A stretch of DNA of 64,000 bases from Sphingomonas sp. (GTDB lineage: Bacteria > Pseudomonadota > Alphaproteobacteria > Sphingomonadales > Sphingomonadaceae): NCBI RefSeq assembly GCF_041659925.1, contig NZ_JBAZXI010000012.1; one strand, given 5' to 3'. A model generated the notes under the pieces. The model was given only the letters and a program-made list of their open reading frames with translations. It ran no database searches and was not told where the DNA came from. Positions 38,738-48,120 of this stretch are shown in pieces. The number at the start of each line of letters is the position of its first letter. The first letter of the stretch is position 1. Position numbers and translations under genes: made by a program.

Positions 38738-38879
38738 GCCGGCGCGAGATGACCGGCGCGGCGGTGCCTCACGCCGCACGACAACGCGCGCGCGTGCCGC
38801 CACCGAAGGGAAATTACGGATAGCCGTGGAGAGGTGCCGTCAACCCGGACGGATCATCGATGAATCCGGGAGAACGGCA

Positions 38880-39323
38880 ATGATGTTCAAGGTTCTGGTG
38901 ATCGACGACTCGCTCACCGTGCGCGCAATTATCGAGCAGATACTGGAAAGCGAGCCGGACCTGAACGTGATCGCCTCGGCAAGCGACATCCCGTCCGCGC
39001 GCGCCATGATCGCGCAGCACTTCCCGAATGTCATCACGCTCGATCTCGCCATGCCGGGCATCGACGGCATGGCGTTTCTCGACGAACTGGCCGGCGGCCC
39101 GCATGCGCCCGTGCTGGTGGTATCGTCACACACCAAGCCCGGCTCCGACGCCGAGAGCGATGCGCTGGCGCTCGGCGCGGCGGGATGTTTCGACAAGGCC
39201 AAGCTGGTCGGCGCGGGCCGCAAGTTCGCAAGCTCCCTGCGCAAGGCCGCCCGGCGAACGTTGCCCGTGCCCAAGCCGCGGGTGCCGTGCGACCTCGCCA
39301 CGGAGCCGCCCCCCAGCGCGTAG
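38880..39323 (+). CDS. Stand-alone response regulator receiver (CheB N-terminus-like)
   Basis: KVLVIDDS, VITLDLAMPGIDG, VLVVSS, GCFDK; no output domain. Confidence 0.85.
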   Translation: MMFKVLVIDDSLTVRAIIEQILESEPDLNVIASASDIPSARAMIAQHFPNVITLDLAMPGIDGMAFLDELAGGPHAPVLVVSSHTKPGSDAESDALALGAAGCFDKAKLVGAGRKFASSLRKAARRTLPVPKPRVPCDLATEPPPSA

Positions 39324-39500
39324 CGCCGACGCCATTTCGACGGCAAGCCGCGCCAGTGCCGCGACCGACCGCCGCAATAATTACATTAACCATCAAGTGT
39401 TTCGCGGCGAGACACGGCAAAGTTCGCTGCGGAATTGCTAACGAATTCGGGCTATGGCGCGAAGCGCCGGAGGGTTCCGGCGGTGGAGCGCCGCGCGCCG

Positions 39501-40577
39501 ATGAATTTGGTCACGATCAGGGAATGGTTTCGCGTGCGGCGACTTAGCAGGGTCGGCGCGCTCGCCATCGCGTTCGTGATCTGTGCCGGGGTGTCGGCGC
39601 ATGCCGCGCTGCGCGCGATCGCGGCGCAGCCCGATGCCGGCGCAGAGGCGCCGCCGGCGCCGGTCGGCTATGAGGCGGAGGAGCATTTCCCCGGGGCGGC
39701 GGCGCTCTATGCCGACGACCCCGAGCCGGCACCGAGCGTGGCGCAGCCCGAGGTGACCGCGATCGCCGGGGCGACCGGCAGCACCGCGCTGCCCGATATC
39801 CCGCTGCCGCCCGGCGCCGAGGACTATGTCGCCGATGCGAGCATCCACCCGGCCCAGCCCTTTTCGATGAAGAATGCCAGCGCTGTCGACAAGGTCCGCG
39901 CGCTGCAATGCCTGACCGCGGCGGTCTATTACGAGGCGGCGACCGAGCCCGATGCCGGGCAGCAGGCGGTGGCGCAGGTCGTGCTCAACCGTGTCCGCCA
40001 CCCGGCCTTTCCGGCGACGGTGTGCGGCGTGGTCTATCAGGGCTCGGAACATAGCGGCTGCCAGTTCAGCTTCGCCTGCGACGGCGCCGCGACGCGCGCG
40101 CCGAACCGCGATTACTGGATCCGCGCGGCGAAGGTCGCGGCGGCGGCGCTGGGCGGGCGCGTGTTCGCGCCGGTCGGCCTCGCGACGCATTACCACACCT
40201 ATGCCGTGACGCCGCGCTGGAACCGCAGCCTGGTGATGACCGCGGCGATCGGCGCGCATTTCTTCCACCGCTGGCAGGGCTGGTGGGGCACACCGGCGGC
40301 GTTCAACCAGCGCTATGCTGGCGGCGAGCCCCTGCCCGCCCCGCATCCGCGCCCCGAAGCGCCCGCGCCGGTGCTGGCGGCAATCCCCGCCCCGCCGGTA
40401 ACCGCGCCAGCGGCGATCCAGCCGGGCTATGCGCAGAGCGGCAAGCCACTGCCGAGCGCGCCGGCGGTGACCGCGACGCACACCGCGACGGCCACGTCGG
40501 TCGTGCCGCCGGGCTATCAGAGCGACGACTCGCAGATCCTCGACAAATGGAAGGATTCGGGGAAGCCGCTGCGTTAA
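39501..40577 (+). CDS. Cell wall hydrolase (SleB / Hydrolase_2)
   Basis: CLTAAVYYEA, AVAQVVLNRV, VCGVVYQG, CQFSFACDG, ATHYH, IGAHFF. Confidence 0.93.
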   Translation: MNLVTIREWFRVRRLSRVGALAIAFVICAGVSAHAALRAIAAQPDAGAEAPPAPVGYEAEEHFPGAAALYADDPEPAPSVAQPEVTAIAGATGSTALPDIPLPPGAEDYVADASIHPAQPFSMKNASAVDKVRALQCLTAAVYYEAATEPDAGQQAVAQVVLNRVRHPAFPATVCGVVYQGSEHSGCQFSFACDGAATRAPNRDYWIRAAKVAAAALGGRVFAPVGLATHYHTYAVTPRWNRSLVMTAAIGAHFFHRWQGWWGTPAAFNQRYAGGEPLPAPHPRPEAPAPVLAAIPAPPVTAPAAIQPGYAQSGKPLPSAPAVTATHTATATSVVPPGYQSDDSQILDKWKDSGKPLR

Positions 40578-40580
40578 CTG

Positions 40581-40633
40581 CCCTCACCCTTCCGCCGCCG
40601 CGCGGCCCCATCCCCCGCCCAAAGGGAGAGGGA
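40581..40633. repeat. Degenerate half-copy of the 2711-2838 repeat
   Basis: CCCTCACCCTTCCG..CCC-aaa-GGGAGAGGGA. Confidence 0.6.
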
Positions 40634-40640
40634 AAGATGG

Positions 40641-42545
40641 CTACTTCCCGAGATATTTGTCGAACCATGCCACCGTGCGTTTGCGCACGTCGGCGCTGTT
40701 TGCCGCGCCGCGGATGCCATGGCCTTCGTCGGGGTAGATCACCAGGCTGGTCTCGACGCCCATTTCCTTCAGCGCGTGCCAGTACTCGATCGACTGGGTC
40801 GGCGGCACCTCGATGTCGCGCTCGCCGACATAGATGAAGGTCGGCGTCTTCGCGCTCTTGATATGGTAGATCGCCGAGACGTCCTCATAGGCCTTGGGGT
40901 CGTCGTACATCGTCTTGCCGAAGAACGGCAGCATCCACTGGTCGATGCCGTTGGTGCCGTAATAGCTGATCCAGTTGGACAGCCCCGCCCCGGCAACGAT
41001 CGCCTTGAAGCGGTTGGTCTGGGTGTTGGCCCACATCGCCATGAAGCCGCCATAGCTGCCACCGATCAGGCCGAGCCGCGCATCGTCGATCGGCGCTTGC
41101 CTTTCGGCCGCGTCGATGCCGCTGAGGATGTCGCGCAGGTCGCCGCCGCCGAAATCGCGCTTGTTGGCGGCGGTGAACGCCTCGCCCTGGCCGTAGCTGC
41201 CGCGCGGATTGGGCAGGAAGACATAATAGCCGGCGGCGAGCAGATCGGCCATCGCGCCGCGCTGGACGAAATTGGGCACATTGGCCGCCGAGGGGCCGCC
41301 ATGGACCACCGTGACCATCGGATGCTTCACCGCCGGATCGGCGCCGGTCGGGGCGAGCAGCCAGCCCTGCACGTCGAAGCCGTCATTCTTCCAGTCGATG
41401 CTGCGGGCCGTGACGAGCGCGGGGGCGGCGTCGTTGTCATGCGTGATCTGCACCGGCTTGCCGACCGGCCCGGCGAAGATCGCGGGGGCATGGGTGAAGT
41501 CCTGCACGACCATCGCGACCGTGCGGCCATCGGCGCTGAAGGCGGCGCGGCCGTCGCCCGCCGAGAAGCTGGCGGGGCGGCTCCAGCCAACCGCCGGGCC
41601 GCCCTTGCCGTCGGTCAGCAGGCCCGCGCTGTCGCCGCGCAGCACCGTCGCCCGAAGCGTTCCGCCGGCACGTGCCAGCGACGTCAGCGTGTAGTGCGCG
41701 TCCTTCGTCACATCGACCGGCTCGCCGCCGGCGAAGGGCACGGTCCACAAATCGCCGCCGACCGAGCCGAAATCGCTCATCAGCCCGCCGATATAGGCCA
41801 CGGTCTTGCCGTCGGGCGAGACGCGCGGGAAGTTGAGCTGGGTCGTCGGCCGGGCGATGTTGCGCACGTCGCCGGTCGTGGCGTCGATCGCGTCGAGCGT
41901 CGCGACCCACCAGTTGTTGTCGCCATTGCCGAGCGCGGTGGTTGCGACGAAGCCGGTGCCGTCGGGCGTCCAGTCATATTCATAGACATAGCGATCGGCC
42001 GGTGAGAGCGGCTTGACCGCCGCCGCCGCGACCGGCGCGCCCGAGGCGCTGAACACGGCGAGGCGCTGTTCGTCGCTATGCTCGCCGATCTCGCCGACCT
42101 GGCGCACGCCGGCCTGGGTCGCGCCGGCTTCCTTGGCAGCGCCGATCGTCACGAGCAGCGCGATGCGCGTGCCGTCGGGCGACCAGCGCGGCGTCTGCGC
42201 GATGCCGGCAATGGTCGCGACCGGGCGCTGCGTCTTGCCGCCATCGACCATCAGCGTGACGGTGCCGGCGGCACGATCGCGCGCGAGGAAGGCGAGATCG
42301 CCCGAGGGGCCAAAGCTCAGCCCGGCATAGCCGCATTTGGCGCATGGATCGATCGTGCGCACGACCTTGCCGGTCCTGACCGAGCGCAGCGTGACCACGC
42401 CGTGATCGGCCGCATCGTCCTCGATCGTCGCCAGCACATCGCCCTTCGGGGCGAGCGCCAACGCGCCATATTGATGGATCGGCGCGGCCAGCGCGGGGCT
42501 GGTGGCGGTGGCGGCGAGCAGAAGGGCGACAAAACGCTGGCGCAT
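40641..42545 (-). CDS. S9 family peptidase with beta-propeller, exported
   Basis: Signal peptide; repeated WSPDG/WTPDG/VSPDG; VHGGP, GGSYGG, GERD, EGHG. Confidence 0.92.
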   Translation of the reverse strand: MRQRFVALLLAATATSPALAAPIHQYGALALAPKGDVLATIEDDAADHGVVTLRSVRTGKVVRTIDPCAKCGYAGLSFGPSGDLAFLARDRAAGTVTLMVDGGKTQRPVATIAGIAQTPRWSPDGTRIALLVTIGAAKEAGATQAGVRQVGEIGEHSDEQRLAVFSASGAPVAAAAVKPLSPADRYVYEYDWTPDGTGFVATTALGNGDNNWWVATLDAIDATTGDVRNIARPTTQLNFPRVSPDGKTVAYIGGLMSDFGSVGGDLWTVPFAGGEPVDVTKDAHYTLTSLARAGGTLRATVLRGDSAGLLTDGKGGPAVGWSRPASFSAGDGRAAFSADGRTVAMVVQDFTHAPAIFAGPVGKPVQITHDNDAAPALVTARSIDWKNDGFDVQGWLLAPTGADPAVKHPMVTVVHGGPSAANVPNFVQRGAMADLLAAGYYVFLPNPRGSYGQGEAFTAANKRDFGGGDLRDILSGIDAAERQAPIDDARLGLIGGSYGGFMAMWANTQTNRFKAIVAGAGLSNWISYYGTNGIDQWMLPFFGKTMYDDPKAYEDVSAIYHIKSAKTPTFIYVGERDIEVPPTQSIEYWHALKEMGVETSLVIYPDEGHGIRGAANSADVRKRTVAWFDKYLGK

Positions 42546-42712
42546 GGACGGTCTCCGGGAAAAGCGATGCGCGGGAATAGCATGGCGGCGGCGGTCGGCA
42601 AGCGACGCTGCGCCCCCCGCGACGCGGATAGTGTCGCCTCGGTCCTATCGACCCGCTTCGATCAGGTGTATCATGCTGCGATCGGGTTCAATGTTGACAG
42701 GGGAGCACGGCC

Positions 42713-43909
42713 ATGGCGACGCAGATTCCAGGTGGCGGTTCGACGGGGATGATCGAGCGGATCAAGCGGCTGATTCTCAGCCCCGCCGCCGAGTGGGCGG
42801 CGATCGATGCCGAGCCGATGACCGTCAAGGGCATCTTCATGACCTGGGTCGTGCCGCTCGCGGCGATCGGGCCAATCGCCGGGCTGATCGGCAGGCAACT
42901 GTTCGGCTATAGTTTTCTCGGCGTGACGTACCGGCCATCGATCCTCGGTTCGATCGAGGTGGCGCTGATCCGCTATGTCTCGTCGCTGATCGGCATCTTC
43001 GTGCTGGCGCTGGTGATCGATGCGCTCGCGCCCAATTTCGGTGCGACCAAAAACCCGATCTCGGCGATGAAGGTTGCCGCCTTTTCGGCGGTCGCCGCGC
43101 TGATCGTCGGGATAGTCCAGATCCTCCCGGCATTGTCCATTCTCGGGCTGGCCGGCTTTTACACGCTTTATCTGTTGTGGGTCGGTCTGCCGTTGCTGAT
43201 GAAGGCACCGGCGGACAAGGCGGTCAGCTATTATGCCGTCACGCTGGTGGTGTGCGTGGTGGTTGGCATCGTGGTCGCCGCCGTCACCAGCACCTTGACC
43301 GGTGCGATGATGCGGCCGCTGATGTCGGGCGGTGCCGGGACGATGATGAGCGGCAGCACGATGTCGCTCCCGGGGGTCGGCTCGGTCGATCTCGACAAGG
43401 TGAACGCCGCGAGCCAGCGGGTGAAGGCGGCGAGCGAGCAGATACAGGCCGATGCGGCGAGCGGGCACAGCTCGGCGGTGCCGGCCGACGCGTTGCAGGC
43501 GATGCTGCCGGCGGCGATCGCCGGCTTCACGCGCGGCGACGTCGAGACGCAGAGCGGCGGTGCGGCGGGCATCAACGGCAGCAAGGCCGAAGCGCGCTAC
43601 ACGATGGGCGACCAGAGCTTCAGCCTGTCGGTCGCCGATGTCGGCGCGCTCGGCTCGATCGCCACGCTGGGCGGGGCGATGAACCTGCAATCGAGCAAGA
43701 CCACCGCGACCGGCTATGAGAAGACCGCGATGGTCAACGGATCGATGGTCAGCGAGAAGTGGGACAATGCCGACCATCACGGCAGCTATTCGACGATGGT
43801 GGCGAGCCGCTTCGCGGTCGACGCCTCGGGCGATGCGCCGAGCATCGACGTGCTGAAGCAGGCGGTCGCGGCGATCGATACCGGCAAGCTGGCGGGGTTG
43901 GCGAAGTAG
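42713..43909 (+). CDS. Yip1 family membrane protein with soluble C-terminal domain
   Basis: LILSP-x-x-EW-x-x-I, five hydrophobic helices, LYLLWVGLPLLMK. Confidence 0.85.
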   Translation: MATQIPGGGSTGMIERIKRLILSPAAEWAAIDAEPMTVKGIFMTWVVPLAAIGPIAGLIGRQLFGYSFLGVTYRPSILGSIEVALIRYVSSLIGIFVLALVIDALAPNFGATKNPISAMKVAAFSAVAALIVGIVQILPALSILGLAGFYTLYLLWVGLPLLMKAPADKAVSYYAVTLVVCVVVGIVVAAVTSTLTGAMMRPLMSGGAGTMMSGSTMSLPGVGSVDLDKVNAASQRVKAASEQIQADAASGHSSAVPADALQAMLPAAIAGFTRGDVETQSGGAAGINGSKAEARYTMGDQSFSLSVADVGALGSIATLGGAMNLQSSKTTATGYEKTAMVNGSMVSEKWDNADHHGSYSTMVASRFAVDASGDAPSIDVLKQAVAAIDTGKLAGLAK

Positions 43910-43910
43910 C

Positions 43911-44840
43911 TCAACCCGGCACCGCCTCCGCCTCGAAATAGCGCCGCGCCTCGTCGCGAAAGGCGACCGTCAGGCGCGAGGGACGCGACAGCGCCGAGGT
44001 GACGAAGGCATATTCATGGATGATCGGCGGCGCGAACGGCCGCGCGACCAGCGGCGCGCGGATATAGCTGCGCGCGAGCAGCGCGTTGACGATGGCGATG
44101 CCGACCCCGCACGCCGCGAGCGCGCAGGCCGAACCGTGCGTGTGGGTCTCGATCGCGACATTGGGGCGCAGGCGAAACTGCGCAAAGGCCTGGTCGACCT
44201 GGGCGCGCCATTGCCGGCCCGAGCCGAGCAGCACCAGCCGCTCATGATGCAGGTCGGCCGGTGACAGGGTCGCGCGGGCGGCAAGCGGGTGATCGGCCAG
44301 CAGCACGCAGACCGAACCGCTGGTCACAAGCGTTTCCGCATCGAGATCGCGCTCGTCGATCGGCAATTTCATGAAACCGCAATCCGCGACGCGCGTCGCG
44401 ACCATCGCCTTGGTCGTATCGACGCTGCGTGAATCGAGGTTGAAGCGGACCCCCGGATTGCGCGCCAGGAAGCCGGCGACCATCTCGGGCAACAGGCCTT
44501 CGGTGAAGCTCGGCGGGGCGACGACGCGCAGCTCGCCGGTCGCCGAGACGGCGATGTCGCGCACCAGGCTGTTGACGCGCTCGAGCCCGGCCAACGCCAG
44601 CTCGACCTCTTCGGCGAGCAGCAGCGCGTCCTTGGTCGGCACCAGCCGCCCGCGATCACGGTAGAACAGCTCGAAACCGACCGACGTTTCGAGCTGGGCG
44701 ATGATCCGGCTGACCGCCGGCTGGGTCATGCCGAGATTGCGCCCCGCCGCGGTGGCGGAACCGGTGCGGATGATTTCGGCGAAGCTGCGCAGCGCGCGCA
44801 GCCCGATGGCGTCCGCCGCGATCCGGCCGACGCGGTTCAT
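43911..44840 (-). CDS. LysR family transcriptional regulator
   Basis: TAAGRNLGMTQPAVSRIIAQLE..GFELF-x-R..L-x-PT. Confidence 0.93.
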   Translation of the reverse strand: MNRVGRIAADAIGLRALRSFAEIIRTGSATAAGRNLGMTQPAVSRIIAQLETSVGFELFYRDRGRLVPTKDALLLAEEVELALAGLERVNSLVRDIAVSATGELRVVAPPSFTEGLLPEMVAGFLARNPGVRFNLDSRSVDTTKAMVATRVADCGFMKLPIDERDLDAETLVTSGSVCVLLADHPLAARATLSPADLHHERLVLLGSGRQWRAQVDQAFAQFRLRPNVAIETHTHGSACALAACGVGIAIVNALLARSYIRAPLVARPFAPPIIHEYAFVTSALSRPSRLTVAFRDEARRYFEAEAVPG

Positions 44841-44849
44841 CGCGCCGGC

Positions 44850-46667
44850 TCAGCGCTGCGCGGGGATGACGGGCAGGACGACGTGCGAGGCATGGACGCG
44901 GTCGACATGCACGCTGTTGCGCGCGACCTGCGGCGCCGCGCCGGGCACGCGCCAGTCGACATTGGGATTGACGTCGAAATGCGGGAAGTTGCTGCTCGAC
45001 ACCTCGATGCGAATGCGGTGGCCACGCCGGAACAGATTGCTGGTCGGGAAGGTCGGGATGACGAGGTCATGGATCGCGCCGGGCTCCATCGGTTCCGGCC
45101 GCTCGAACGAATGGCGGTACCGGCTGCGCAGGATGCCATGGGCGAGGTTCAGCGCATAGCCCCGCGGATAATCGGCGCTTGGCGGGTAGAGATCGACCAG
45201 CTTGATCGTGAAGTCGGTGTCGACCGCCGAGGAGCTGACGCGCAGGTGCGCGATCACCGTGCCGGTCACTTCGAGGTCGGCGTCGAGCGGCGCGCTGTCG
45301 AACACCAACACGTCGGCGCGTGCCGCGCTGGCGTGCTGGTCATAGCCGCCCGCCTCCATCAGCGGCGCGCCCGAGGTCAGCGCCCCGCCCAGTGTCGGAA
45401 CGGGATCGGCCGGATCGAAGTCGTAGCTCAGCGGCGCGGCATCGTCGGTCGGCGGCGTGGCGCCAAGGCCATCGGTGGTCAGATAGAGCGTCAGCGCCTC
45501 GGTGCCCGGCAACGGCCAGGCCTGTTCGTTGCGCCAGCGCCCGCCATGGTCGATCCGGCCGCTGGGCAGGCGTCGACCGCTGCCGCCGCCCATCACGAAG
45601 AGATGGATCGGCGCGGCGAGGTGCTCGGGGGCATCGATGCCACGCAGATGGCGGTCGAACCAGTCGCGCCGCAACGTGATGTAATCGGGCGCGAGATTGC
45701 CGTCGAGCGGCGCCGCCGGCCCGAAATCGACATCGCCCGAAAAGGATGCGGATCGCTGGCCGTGCGTCCACGGGCCGAGCACGAGCTTGACCGGCCCGCG
45801 CTTGATCGCGCTGAGGCCGAGGAAATTGTCGATCGCGGTCTGCGAATAGGGGTCGTACCAGCTCGACATGTGCACCATCGGCACATCGGCATAGCGATCG
45901 TACCAGCCGCGCGCATAAAGGCCGAGGCGTTGCCAATAAGGCGAGAAATCCTCGGCGTCCCATTGTTCGAGGACATAATTCTCATATTCCTGCGCGGCAC
46001 TGACGGGCGAGTTGCCGGCCGTCCAGCGCCGGCCGATCCACGCACGGATATCCTCTGCTTCGAGCGCGGCCTTGCGCGCCGGGTCGGCGGCGGTTTCCGG
46101 CGCGAGCAGCGCATGCTTGCGCGCCCAGGTCAGCTGCTTGAGCTCGAACGCCCCGCCCTGCCGCACGCCGCCATGATAGGCGCTGGAGAAGCCGCCGGAA
46201 TCGAGGAACATCGCGCCCAGCCCCGGCGGATCGAGACAGGCCAGCGCGCTCTGCACATGCGCGCCATAGGACAGGCCGAGCGTGCCGACACGGCCATCGC
46301 ACCACGGCTGGTCGCGCAGCCAGGCGATGGTGTCGACGCCGTCCTCGCCCTCGTTGAGATATTTGACGAACACCCCTTCGGATTCGTAGCGGCCGCGACA
46401 ATCCTGCAGGACATAGGCATAGCCGGCATCGGCGAATATCCGCGCGATCTCGGGCTTCGAGCGCGGCGTCGGGTCGGCCAGCGAGAAGTCGCCATGGTTG
46501 GTGCCGCGCCGATCATAGGGGGTGCGCTCGACCAGCACGGGGAAGCGCTGCCCGGCCTGTGCACCCGCCGGCAGATAGATGTCGGTCGCCAGCCGCACGC
46601 CGTCGCGCATCGCCACCATGACGACCGACAAGGGCGGCAACGGCGTTTGCCCGGCGCTCGACATCAA
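44850..46667 (-). CDS. CocE/NonD family hydrolase
   Basis: MRDGVRLATDIYLP, ERTPY, QDCRGRY-x-SEG, GLSYGA, GPWTH, IEVSSSNFP. Confidence 0.93.
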   Translation of the reverse strand: MMSSAGQTPLPPLSVVMVAMRDGVRLATDIYLPAGAQAGQRFPVLVERTPYDRRGTNHGDFSLADPTPRSKPEIARIFADAGYAYVLQDCRGRYESEGVFVKYLNEGEDGVDTIAWLRDQPWCDGRVGTLGLSYGAHVQSALACLDPPGLGAMFLDSGGFSSAYHGGVRQGGAFELKQLTWARKHALLAPETAADPARKAALEAEDIRAWIGRRWTAGNSPVSAAQEYENYVLEQWDAEDFSPYWQRLGLYARGWYDRYADVPMVHMSSWYDPYSQTAIDNFLGLSAIKRGPVKLVLGPWTHGQRSASFSGDVDFGPAAPLDGNLAPDYITLRRDWFDRHLRGIDAPEHLAAPIHLFVMGGGSGRRLPSGRIDHGGRWRNEQAWPLPGTEALTLYLTTDGLGATPPTDDAAPLSYDFDPADPVPTLGGALTSGAPLMEAGGYDQHASAARADVLVFDSAPLDADLEVTGTVIAHLRVSSSAVDTDFTIKLVDLYPPSADYPRGYALNLAHGILRSRYRHSFERPEPMEPGAIHDLVIPTFPTSNLFRRGHRIRIEVSSSNFPHFDVNPNVDWRVPGAAPQVARNSVHVDRVHASHVVLPVIPAQR

Positions 46668-48058
46668 TAGCCGATCGCGACCGCGAGCATCATCGCCGCG
46701 ACCGACAGGCAGGTGAAGATCGCGAAGATGCGCCAGGCGAAGCGGAACCAGGCGCCATAGGAAACCCCGGCCGCGGCGAGATAGGCGAGCAGCATGCCCG
46801 AGGTCGGCGCGAGCATGTTGACCAGGCCGTTGCCAAGCAGGAAGGCGAGCACGGTGGTCTGCCCCGACACGCCGGCCGAAGCGGCGATCGGCCCGAGGAT
46901 CGGCAGGCTGAGCGCGGCCTTGGCCGAGGTCGAGGGGATCAGCAGCGTCAGCAGCATCTCGACCCCCATGACGATCGGCGCGACGAACACCGGTGCGAGG
47001 CCGTGGACCTGGACCGAGACCGCCTCGATGATCGTATCGAGGATCTGCCCCTCGCGCAGGATGACCTCGACCGCCCGGCCCATGCCGACCAGCAACGCCG
47101 CGAGCATCATCGTCTTCATGCCGGTGACGAACAGCTCGACCGCGGCGACCGGCTTCATCCGCGCCGCCGCCGCCATCCCCGCCGCCGCGACGATGAACAA
47201 AGCGGAGAATTCGCCATCGTCCCAGCCGAGCGCGATCGAGCCATAGACGAGCGCCGCGATCGTCACGCCGGCGATCGTCAGGATGCCGAGGTGGCGATGC
47301 GAGAGATGTTCGAAGACGACCGGAGCCGGTTCGTGCGTGATGCGACCGGCGCGCAGCACCACGAGCATCGCGATGGCGAGGAACGAGACCCAGATGGCGA
47401 GCCGGAACAGCAGCCCGGAAAAGGGCGCGACGCCGACGATCGGCTGGGCGATGAGCAAGGCGACCGGGCTGGTGACCGAGGCGAGATAGCCGATTTTCGC
47501 CGCGAGCGTGACGATCGCGAAGCCGAACATGCGGCTGCGCCCCAGGCGATCGGCGAGCGCGATCATCACCGGAATGAGCAGCAGATATTCCGAGATCATC
47601 CCCAGAAAGGTACTGCCGGCGGAAAAGCCGAGCATCAGCACGGGCACGAGGATGCGGATATCGCCGCGACTGATGCCGATCAGCCGCTGGATGCCGGCGT
47701 CGAGCGCGCCGCTCGCGCGCAGGATGCCGAACATGCCGCCGAGCATCAGGATCATGAAGATCAGCGGCGCGGAACGCTTCAGCCCTTCCGGGATCGCGGT
47801 GGCGAGCGCGACCGGACTCACGGGCTGGGCGATGCCCTTGACCGGCGCGTGCGGCAGCAGCGCGCCAGGCCCGATCGACTTGGGCAATTGCCGATAGGTG
47901 CCGGCGACGACGGGCGCATTGTCCTTGTCGGAGGTCCGGCGATGGCTGCCCGAGGGGATGATCCAGGTCAGCGCGATCGCCAGCAGCATCGCCGCCAGCA
48001 TCATCATCACCGGATCGAGCCCGCCATGGCGTTTGGGGGACGCGTCAATGCCAGCCAT
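46664..48058 (-). CDS. YfcC / DcuC-like membrane transporter
   Basis: LTWIIPSG, multiple transmembrane helices, IPSTSAKA, GNG..PTSG. Confidence 0.8.
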   Translation of the reverse strand: MAGIDASPKRHGGLDPVMMMLAAMLLAIALTWIIPSGSHRRTSDKDNAPVVAGTYRQLPKSIGPGALLPHAPVKGIAQPVSPVALATAIPEGLKRSAPLIFMILMLGGMFGILRASGALDAGIQRLIGISRGDIRILVPVLMLGFSAGSTFLGMISEYLLLIPVMIALADRLGRSRMFGFAIVTLAAKIGYLASVTSPVALLIAQPIVGVAPFSGLLFRLAIWVSFLAIAMLVVLRAGRITHEPAPVVFEHLSHRHLGILTIAGVTIAALVYGSIALGWDDGEFSALFIVAAAGMAAAARMKPVAAVELFVTGMKTMMLAALLVGMGRAVEVILREGQILDTIIEAVSVQVHGLAPVFVAPIVMGVEMLLTLLIPSTSAKAALSLPILGPIAASAGVSGQTTVLAFLLGNGLVNMLAPTSGMLLAYLAAAGVSYGAWFRFAWRIFAIFTCLSVAAMMLAVAIGY

Positions 48059-48078
48059 CAGCCCCCGTCCCTTCTTCC

Positions 48079-48110
48079 TTTAGCCCCTCCCCTGAAGGGG
48101 AGGGGCTAAA
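48079..48110. repeat. Perfect 14-bp hairpin between TonB receptor and transporter genes
   Basis: TTTAGCCCCTCCCC-tgaa-GGGGAGGGGCTAAA. Confidence 0.7.
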
Positions 48111-48120
48111 TAGTGCAGCC

